64,000 nt of DNA from Eledone cirrhosa (taxonomy: Eukaryota), in NCBI GenBank assembly GCA_964016885.1, contig OZ024740.1, positions 8,866,001 to 8,930,000 on the forward strand, read 5' to 3'. A model generated the notes under the pieces. It saw nothing but the letters and a program-made list of their open reading frames with translations, had not been told where the DNA came from and did not search any database. A program made the translations under genes and the position numbers. Below are positions 15,851 to 23,579 of this stretch, in pieces (positions within the stretch are counted from its first letter, which is position 1; every line of letters begins with the position of its first letter).

Positions 15851-15878
15851 ATTTACCATGCGACCCTCAGTTCCTACC
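15851..15878 (+). repeat. Target-site duplication, left copy (ATTTACCATGCGACCCTCAGTTCCTACC)
   Basis: Identical 28-mer at 17753-17780, immediately after the nested copy's tail. Confidence 0.9.
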
Positions 15879-16086
15879 CCCCCCCCCCTCTCTATGCACT
15901 TCTTTAAGGCTTACTACCCTGTCTTTAACCTAATTCATTCAATCTGAAAATATTGAAGAGATAAGACACTTTCCCATTCTTCTCTGCTAAAATGTACCAC
16001 TAGAGCTGATTCAAATTTTCCCAGCCAGCCATCCATCTAATCTACGAAGGTATTTTAGCCTACATATTGTCGTTAATATTATGATG

Positions 16087-16136
16087 TTCCCTGCTGTATT
16101 AGCGTTAAATTTTCCCTGCTGTATTAGCGATAAATT
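16087..16136 (+). repeat. 25-bp tandem duplication TTCCCTGCTGTATTAGCG(T/A)TAAATT x2
   Basis: Two adjacent copies with one mismatch inside the foreign segment. Confidence 0.85.
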
Positions 16137-16219
16137 TTCGAGGGTTTCTCTTAGTAGCTTTTTTCATGACGTTATTATTGTTAATTTTACTGATGTAGTA
16201 TTAACTTGGATATTTACGG

Positions 16220-17459
16220 GGCATTTGTCGACCTTGAGAAAGCCTTTGACAGAGTTCCACGTGCAGTAATCTGGTGGGCTCTTAGAAAACTAGGAGTAGA
16301 TGAATGGCTTGTGAAAGCGGTACAAGCCATGTATAGGGGAGCAGTCAGCAAAGTTAGGATTGGCAATGAGTATAGCGAGGAATTTAGCGTACAGGTTGGG
16401 GTCCACCAGGGCTCTGTTCTTAGCCCTCTCCTGTTCATCATAGTCCTGCAGGCAATAACGGAGGAGTTTAAGACCGGATGCCCATGGGAACTCCTGTATG
16501 CTGATGACCTCGCACTCATAGCTGAATCTATGGTAGAACTAGAGAATAAATTCCAAACCTGGAAGCAGGGACTAGAGAGAAAGGGCCTCAAAGTCAACAT
16601 GACAAAGACTAAGGTCCTTATAAGTAGACGAGAAAACAGAACCCAGATCCCCTCAGGGAAATGGCCTTGCTCAGTATGTAGGAAAGGTGTAGGTAGGAAC
16701 TCCATTCTCTGCCCCAAATGCAAACAATGGGTACACAAGAGATGTAGCGGGATCTCAGGAAGCTTAATTAAGAATGTAGGATTCACATGCAGCAGCTGTG
16801 CTGAAACAGCAAGCAAACAGCCACAGGAAACAAGTACCACCAATCTCTGGGAGGGCCCTGTAGAAACAGTAGACAGCTTCTGCTACCTAGGTGACCGAAT
16901 TAGCAACGGAGGTGGGTGCTCAGAAAGTACAATAACTAGGGTAAGAACGGGATGGAAGAAGTTTAGGGAACTACTACCACTGCTAGCTGCAAAAGGCTTC
17001 TCCCTCAGAATGAAAGGCAGACTGTATGATGCGTGTATCCGAACAGCGATGTTGCATGGTAGTGAGACCTGGGCGCTGAAGGTGGAAGACTTACGTAGAT
17101 TAGAGAGAAACGAAGCCTGCATGCTCCGATGGATGTGTAACAGTAATATACGTGAACGACAAAGCATAAATGAATTGAGAGAGAGACTGAGCATAAGAGG
17201 AATCAAATGCTGCGTGCAGGAGAGGCGGTTACGCTGGTATGGACATGTGATGCGTATGAAGGATGACAGCTGCATAAAAAGGTGCAGAGCACTAGAAGTT
17301 GATGGAAACCGCGGAGTGGGGAGACCCAAGATGACTTGGGATGAGGTGATAAAAGCCGACCTTACCCAACTACACCTCTCAAAGTCAATGACACACGACC
17401 GTGACTTCTGGCGTCACGCAGTAATACAGGGTACCCGACCTCCCATGGGTACATGCTGA
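16220..17459 (+). pseudogene. 5'-truncated RT/PHD/C-terminal part of family A ORF (open frame, no endonuclease)
   Basis: Translation AFVDLEKAFDRV...LLYADDL...TRPPMGTC* is identical to the C-terminal ~412 aa of 18024-21143; the track's start at 16206 is a TTG in the foreign flank. Confidence 0.92.
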
Positions 17460-17752
17460 AGCATATAAACAATATGCCCCCCCCCCCCCACCGCAAGGTG
17501 GTCGTGGAGGTGCCACGGCAAAAAAGCACCCAGCCCACACTGTAAAGTGGACGTGTAGGCGCCACGAAAAAGCACCCAGCACTCACTGTAAATGAGGTTG
17601 GTGTTAGGAAGGGCATCCAGCTGTGGAAATCAAGCCAGATCAGTTCCTGTATGAGCAAGGCATGGTCAGCCGACCAGACACTGCCCACAACAGGACAACC
17701 CGTCTAACTCATGCTAGCGTGGAAGAACGGACGTAAAACGGTGATGATGATG

Positions 17753-17780
17753 ATTTACCATGCGACCCTCAGTTCCTACC
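17753..17780 (+). repeat. Target-site duplication, right copy
   Basis: Identical to 15851-15878. Confidence 0.9.
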
Positions 17781-18023
17781 TCACAATTTCCCTCCCCCCC
17801 ACCCCCACACACCACCATAGTCTATTCGACCAATCAAACCTAGCATGCCATTTCCACTGCTGCTGCTGCTACTACCTGCCTAACTAACTCTCTCCTCCTC
17901 TGGCGCATCCCAACACACCCTGCCATTACCCCACCACCACTGTCCTTCTAGCCCTCAATTTTCCCACCGTTATGGATGGATGAGCTGGGAATACACGAGC
18001 AACTCTGAATCAATAGATGAAAT

Positions 18024-21000
18024 ATGAATCTGCGAGCTACCAAGCACCCACGTGAAGTGCCAACCCAGAGACCCTCCCCTACGAGTGTCGACAAATGCCC
18101 AAAACTCCGAGTTGGTACCATCAATGTAGGCTCAATGAAAGGAAGAGCAGGAGAAATCGTAGAAATGCTAGAGCGAAAGGAAGTTGATGTATGCTGTGTG
18201 CAAGAGACTAGATGGAGAGGAGGGTCTGCTAGAGTCCTTGTAGGAAAAAGCCAGTGCTACAAATTTTTCTGGGTGGGAAATGACGATGGGATGGGTGGTG
18301 TAGGTATACTATTAGCTGACAAGTGGGTAGATAAAGTAATCTCAGTGTACAGGGTAAATGCAAGAATCATTAAACTCAGACTAGTCCTGAATAAGACAAT
18401 TACCACAATAATATCAGCTTACGCACCCCAATCGGGGCTGCCAGACGAACTTAAGGATAGGTTTTACGAGTCCCTAATACACACTACTGCTCTAACAGAC
18501 GACAAGGACTTCCTAATCATTGCAGGAGATTTTAACGGACACGTAGGTAAACACTGCGACGGCTTCAATAGAGTACATGGAGGCCATGGAGTTGGCACAA
18601 GGAATGAGGAAGGATTCAGACTTCTAGAATTCTGCGACGCCAATGACATGTCGATATGTAACACAAACTTTAAAAAACCCGACAACCACCTGATCACCTA
18701 TAGATCAGGGGAGCACTCTAGTCAGTTAGATTTTATCCTCATCAGAGGACGTGACAGATGGACGGTCGTAAACACAAAAGCCTTCCCTAGTGAGGAATGT
18801 ACATCCCAACATAGCTTAGTTGTCAGCGACCTCACGGTCAGAACTAGACGAGCCCTGAAACAGAGGCCAACCTGGAGAAGAAAGATCTGGAAGCTGAAAG
18901 TCCCCTCAACCAGTAACAGATTTAAAGATATTTTACTCAACGCCTACGACAGTAAAGAAGAACAGATAGAGACATTTAACGTAGAAGAGAACTGGGAGTT
19001 TCTAAAAAATAACTTACTAGAGGCGACGGATGAGGTTTGTGGCTGGAGTAAGACCTCAAGCAGGAGGAGAGTGACTTGGTGGTGGAACAATAAGGTAGAT
19101 GAAGCAGTCAAGGCCAAGAGACAGGCATGGAAAGAATGGAAGAACGGGGGGAGCAGGGTACATTACATAGAGACCAAGAGGGAAGCTAGGCGACAAGTAT
19201 ACTTAGCTAGGAGGGAAGCAGAGGATAGAAAATTCAAGCATGTTTTACAACGTGAGGACCAGAAACAGGAGGTATTCAAGATTGCGAGGCAGTGTGTCAG
19301 AGATAGTTGTGATGTCATTGGAGAGAAGTGTATCCGGAATGATAAAGGTGAGCTTGCCCTCACAAGTGCTGAGAAGAAAGATGCATGGAAGAGTCATTAT
19401 GATAGATTACTAAATGAGGAGAATGCATGGGAAGAAGAGACCCTACCCCACGTAGACCCTATAGAGGGACCAGCAGTACAAGTCAGCGGCAGCGTAGTAA
19501 GTAAGGCAATCAGAGATATGAAGATAGGGAAGGCAACCGGTCCATCGGGTATAGCTGCCGAGATGCTGAAGGCATCTGGGTCTGTAGGTCACACTATAAC
19601 CACACGTATCGTTAACCAGGTAATACTAGAGGGGGCCATACCAAAAGATTGGTGCAGTAGCATCATTGTCAACTGCTACAAAGGTAAAGGCGATGCACTA
19701 GATAGAGGAAACTATAGAGGTATAAAGTTGATGGACCAGGTCATGAAAGTAACAGAAAGAGTTATAGCACAGCTGATTAGGGACCGGGTGAATATAGACG
19801 AGATGCAATTTGGGTTTGTACCAGGGAAAGGCACCACTGATGCGCTCTTCCTTGTGAGGCAATTACAGGAAAAGTACCTAGCTAAAAGTAAGCCACTCTA
19901 CTTGGCATTTGTCGACCTTGAGAAAGCCTTTGACAGAGTTCCACGTGCAGTAATCTGGTGGGCTCTTAGAAAACTAGGAGTAGATGAATGGCTTGTGAAA
20001 GCGGTACAAGCCATGTATAGGGGAGCAGTCAGCAAAGTTAGGATTGGCAATGAGTATAGCGAGGAATTTAGCGTACAGGTTGGGGTCCACCAGGGCTCTG
20101 TTCTTAGCCCTCTCCTGTTCATCATAGTCCTGCAGGCAATAACGGAGGAGTTTAAGACCGGATGCCCATGGGAACTCCTGTATGCTGATGACCTCGCACT
20201 CATAGCTGAATCTATGGTAGAACTAGAGAATAAATTCCAAACCTGGAAGCAGGGACTAGAGAGAAAGGGCCTCAAAGTCAACATGACAAAGACTAAGGTC
20301 CTTATAAGTAGACGAGAAAACAGAACCCAGATCCCCTCAGGGAAATGGCCTTGCTCAGTATGTAGGAAAGGTGTAGGTAGGAACTCCATTCTTTGCCCCA
20401 AATGCAAACAATGGGTACACAAGAGATGTAGCGGGATCTCAGGAAGCTTAATTAAGAATGTAGGATTCACATGCAGCAGCTGTGCTGAAACAGCAAGCAA
20501 ACAGCCACAGGAAACAAGTACCACCAATCTCTGGGAGGGCCCTGTAGAAACAGTAGACAGCTTCTGCTACCTAGGTGACCGAATTAGCAACGGAGGTGGG
20601 TGCTCAGAAAGTACAATAACTAGGGTAAGAACGGGATGGAAGAAGTTTAGGGAACTACTACCACTGCTAGCTGCAAAAGGCTTCTCCCTCAGAATGAAAG
20701 GCAGACTGTATGATGCGTGTATCCGAACAGCGATGTTGCATGGTAGTGAGACCTGGGCGCTGAAGGTGGAAGACCTACGTAGATTAGAGAGAAACGAAGC
20801 CTGCATGCTCCGATGGATGTGTAACAGTAATATACGTGAACGACAAAGCATAAATGAATTGAGAGAGAGACTGAGCATAAGAGGAATCAAATGCTGCGTG
20901 CAGGAGAGGCGGTTACGCTGGTATGGACATGTGATGCGTATGAAGGATGACAGCTGCATAAAAAGGTGCAGAGCACTAGAAGTTGATGGAAACCGCGGAG

Positions 21001-21143
21001 TGGGGAGACCCAAGATGACTTGGGATGAGGTGATAAAAGCCGACCTTACCCAACTACACCTCTCAAAGTCAATGACACACGACCGTGACTTCTGGCGTCA
21101 CGCAGTAATACAGGGTACCCGACCTCCCATGGGTACATGCTGA
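18024..21143 (+). CDS. Family A polyprotein: APE-type endonuclease + reverse transcriptase with embedded PHD finger (1039 aa, intact)
   Basis: APE motifs VGTINVG, CVQETRW, SAYAPQ, GDFNGH, QLDFIL, SQH; RT motifs NYRGIKL, QFGF, FVDLEKAFDRV, GVHQGSVLSPLLF, YADD; RTE-like C-terminus RLRWYGHV...GRPK.TW; single-ORF layout and tandem-repeat tail fit the RTE clade. Confidence 0.96.
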   Translation: MNLRATKHPREVPTQRPSPTSVDKCPKLRVGTINVGSMKGRAGEIVEMLERKEVDVCCVQETRWRGGSARVLVGKSQCYKFFWVGNDDGMGGVGILLADKWVDKVISVYRVNARIIKLRLVLNKTITTIISAYAPQSGLPDELKDRFYESLIHTTALTDDKDFLIIAGDFNGHVGKHCDGFNRVHGGHGVGTRNEEGFRLLEFCDANDMSICNTNFKKPDNHLITYRSGEHSSQLDFILIRGRDRWTVVNTKAFPSEECTSQHSLVVSDLTVRTRRALKQRPTWRRKIWKLKVPSTSNRFKDILLNAYDSKEEQIETFNVEENWEFLKNNLLEATDEVCGWSKTSSRRRVTWWWNNKVDEAVKAKRQAWKEWKNGGSRVHYIETKREARRQVYLARREAEDRKFKHVLQREDQKQEVFKIARQCVRDSCDVIGEKCIRNDKGELALTSAEKKDAWKSHYDRLLNEENAWEEETLPHVDPIEGPAVQVSGSVVSKAIRDMKIGKATGPSGIAAEMLKASGSVGHTITTRIVNQVILEGAIPKDWCSSIIVNCYKGKGDALDRGNYRGIKLMDQVMKVTERVIAQLIRDRVNIDEMQFGFVPGKGTTDALFLVRQLQEKYLAKSKPLYLAFVDLEKAFDRVPRAVIWWALRKLGVDEWLVKAVQAMYRGAVSKVRIGNEYSEEFSVQVGVHQGSVLSPLLFIIVLQAITEEFKTGCPWELLYADDLALIAESMVELENKFQTWKQGLERKGLKVNMTKTKVLISRRENRTQIPSGKWPCSVCRKGVGRNSILCPKCKQWVHKRCSGISGSLIKNVGFTCSSCAETASKQPQETSTTNLWEGPVETVDSFCYLGDRISNGGGCSESTITRVRTGWKKFRELLPLLAAKGFSLRMKGRLYDACIRTAMLHGSETWALKVEDLRRLERNEACMLRWMCNSNIRERQSINELRERLSIRGIKCCVQERRLRWYGHVMRMKDDSCIKRCRALEVDGNRGVGRPKMTWDEVIKADLTQLHLSKSMTHDRDFWRHAVIQGTRPPMGTC
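20352..20483 (+). other. PHD-type zinc finger (C4HC3) inside family A RT region
   Basis: CSVC-x10-CPKC-KQWV-H-KR-C-x14-CSSC; W two residues before H and F two before the 7th ligand, as in canonical PHD fingers. Confidence 0.85.
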
Positions 21144-21172
21144 AGCATATAAACAATATGCCCCCCCCCCCC

Positions 21173-21418
21173 CCACCGCAAGGTGGTCGTGGAGGTGCCA
21201 CGGCAAAAAAGCACCCAGCCCACACTGTAAAGTGGACGTGTAGGTGCCACGAAAAAGCACCCAGCACTCACTGTAAATGAGGTTGGTGTTAGGAAGGGCA
21301 TCCAGCTGTAGAAATCAAGCCAGATCAGTTCCTGTATGAGCAAGGCATGGTCAGCCGACCAGACACTGCCCACAACAGGACAACCCGTCTAACCCATGCT
21401 AGCGTGGAAGAACGGACG
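21173..21418 (+). other. Predicted structured 3' UTR of family A (GCAA tetraloop hairpin, two pseudoknot + hairpin modules, terminal stem-loop)
   Basis: Base pairing worked out by hand; compensatory changes versus family B (see findings). Confidence 0.65.
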
Positions 21419-21446
21419 TAAAACGGTGATGATGATGATGATGATG

Positions 21447-21554
21447 ATGTCAGTTTCGATTTGTATGTCAGTTTCTATTGGTATATCAGTTTTGATTGGT
21501 ATATCAGTTTTGATTGGTATATCAGTTTCAATTGGTATGTCAGTTTCGATTAGT
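21447..21554. repeat. 18-bp satellite, exactly 6 monomers (108 bp) between two insertions
   Basis: Starts ATGTCAG, ends GATTAGT; matches ~13156-13263. Confidence 0.97.
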
Positions 21555-21896
21555 CGTCCCGCCACCACCCCCACCCCATCCACACCACCCCGTTCTATGT
21601 AAAGTTATGTTGGTGCCGCGCCATCCAGGCCGAAACAAATGAGATCGTGTAGGTGTCACGACAAAAAAACACACAGTCCACACTGTAATGTGGCCGTGTA
21701 GGCAACACGGTAAAAACCTCCCACACCCACACTGTAAATGTGGTTGGTGTTAGGAAGGGCATCCAACTGTAGAAAACCTGCCTGACAGTCCTATGCGAGC
21801 AAGACAATCACTCTTGCCTCAAGTGGGACTACCCCCGTCCAAACCCATGCAAGCGTGGAACACGGACGTTAAACGTTGATGATGATGATGATGATG
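21555..21896 (+). mobile_element. Family B 3'-UTR-only copy (severely 5'-truncated) with (GAT)n tail
   Basis: Matches 26847-27191 with about three substitutions; inserted at GATTAGT^ATATCAGTTACT with no duplication or deletion (empty site ~13257-13275). Confidence 0.95.
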
Positions 21897-23235
21897 ATAT
21901 CAGTTACTATTGGTATGTCAGTTTCGATTGGTATGTTAGTCCTCGATTTGTATGTCAGTTTCTATTGGTATATCAATTTTGATTGGTATGTCAGTTTCTA
22001 TTGGTATGTCAGTTTCTATTGGTATATCAATTTCGATTGGTATTTCAGTTTCCATTGGTATATCAGTTTTGATTGGTATATCAGTTTCTATTGTTATATC
22101 AGTTTCTATTGGTATGTCAGTTTCGAATGGTATGTCAGTTTCTATTGCTATATCAGTTTCGATTGGTATATCAGTTTCTATTGGTATATCAGTTCCGATT
22201 GGTATATCAGTTTCGATTGGTATATCAGTTTCTATTGGTATATCAGTTCCGATTGGTATATCAGTTTCGATTGGTATGTCAGTTTCTATTGGTATATCAG
22301 TTTCGATTGGCATATCAGTTTTGATTGGTATATCAGTTTTTCGATTGGTATGTCAGTTTCTATTGGTATGTCAGTTTCTATTGGTATGTCAGTTTCGATT
22401 GGTATGTCAGTTTTATTGGTATGTCAATTTCGATTGGTATATCACTTTCGATTGGTATGTCAGTTTCTATTTGTATATCAGTTTCTTTTGTATGTCAGTT
22501 TCGATTGGTACGTCAGTTTCTATTGGTATATCAGTTTTTATTGGTATGTTAGATTCTATTTGTATGTCAGGTCCGATTGGTATGTTAGTCCGCGATTTGT
22601 ACGTCAGTTTCTATTGGTATATCAATTTCGATTGGTATGTCAGTTTCTATTGGTCTGTCAGTTTCTATTGGTATATCAGTTTCGATTGGTATGTCAGTTT
22701 CGATTAGTATATCAGTTTCTATTGATATGTCAGTTTCTATTGGTATATCAATTTCGATTGGTATATCAGTTTCTATTGGTATGTCAGTTTCGATTCGTAT
22801 GTCAGTTTCGATTGGTACATCAATTTCGATTGGTAAGTCAGTTTCGATTTGTATGTCAATTTTGATTGGTATGTCAGTTTCGATTAGTATGTCAGTTTTG
22901 ATAGTTATGTCAGTTTCTATTGGTATATCAGTTTTGATTGGTATATCAGTTTCTATTGGTATATCAGTTCCGATTGGTATGTCAGTTTCGATTGGTATAT
23001 CAGTTTCTATTGGTATATCAGTTTCGATTGATATACCAGTTTCGATTAGTCTGTCAGTTTCTATTCGTATGTCAGTTTCGATTAGTATATCAGTTTCTAT
23101 TGGTATGCCAGTTTCGATTGGTATGTCAGTTTCTATTGGTATATCAATTTCGATTGGTATATCAGCTTCGATTGGTATATCAGTTTCGATTGGTATGTCA
23201 GTTTATATTGGTATGTCAGTTTCTATTGGTATGTC
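21897..23235. repeat. 18-bp satellite (block 3)
   Basis: Tandem 18-mers continuing the variant order of block 1. Confidence 0.99.
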
Positions 23236-23356
23236 TGTATTTTTGTTATCTATTTAAGGTTTAAATACGGTGTTTTTGTCGTATTGAATAGAACAAATCT
23301 TGCAGTTTTGCTTTTTGTTAAATCGCTTGTTAAACATTCATAACCTTCCAGCTAGC

Positions 23357-23416
23357 TACCCCACACCCCTCCCTCCCGCCCCCACACGCCACCATACTTA
23401 ATACGTGGACCAATCA
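23357..23416 (+). promoter_or_regulatory. Candidate internal promoter block (C-rich/GC-box-like + GACCAATCA CCAAT box) shared by A and B 5' UTRs
   Basis: CTACC.CACA...CCCTCCC...CCCCACAC.CCACCATA...GACCAATCA recurs at ~17776-17836 in family A although the rest of the UTRs do not align by eye; promoter function is inferred. Confidence 0.45.
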
Positions 23417-23534
23417 TAAGCCAGAGCCCCCCCCCCCCCCGCATCACCACCATTATTATAAGCCAGAGCCCCCCACCCCCACCCCCACGCATCACCATTA
23501 TTATTATTACGCGGACCAAATCATAAGCCAGAGG
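23407..23534 (+). repeat. Imperfect tandem repeats in family B 5' UTR (ATAAGCCAGAG x3 with poly-C and GCATCACCA)
   Basis: ATAAGCCAGAG at 23416, 23458, 23523; GGACCAA(A)TC precedes the first and third. Confidence 0.8.
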
Positions 23535-23579
23535 CCTATACTATCGCTTGCCCGGTTGCCTTCGATATATGATGGATGG

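Larger units (their letters stand above)
15879..17752 (+). mobile_element. Nested 5'-truncated family A copy (16220-17752) preceded by ~340 bp of unrelated sequence (15879-16219)
   Basis: 16220-17752 matches 19904 onward of the full-length copy (offset 3684; about five substitutions by eye), ends in short (GAT)n; whole unit is bounded by a perfect 28-bp direct repeat. Confidence 0.9.
15837..21446 (+). mobile_element. Full-length (or nearly) RTE-type non-LTR retrotransposon, family A; its 5' end is interrupted by a nested insertion at 15879-17752
   Basis: 5' UTR (15837-15878 + 17781-18023), single 1039-aa APE-RT ORF, ~280-bp 3' UTR, (GAT)n tail 21427-21446, flanked by satellite that is contiguous in the empty homologous site near 13130-13170. 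Confidence 0.92.

Noticed and set aside
20780-20860. Possible recombination between A and B (very similar stretch encoding RRLERNEACMLRWMCNSNIRERQSINELR)
   Set aside because: Synonymous differences remain; purifying selection suffices without a formal recombination test.
16214-21373. Minus-strand ORFs over the elements (e.g. 16214-16843, 19898-20527, 20567-21013)
   Set aside because: Antisense shadows of the RT ORF without recognisable motifs; not preserved as equivalent ORFs across families.
21876-22865. Poly-Met-initiated ORFs (also 27168) and satellite-RT fusion ORF 60162-61043
   Set aside because: Artefacts of the (ATG)n tail or junction reading into satellite.
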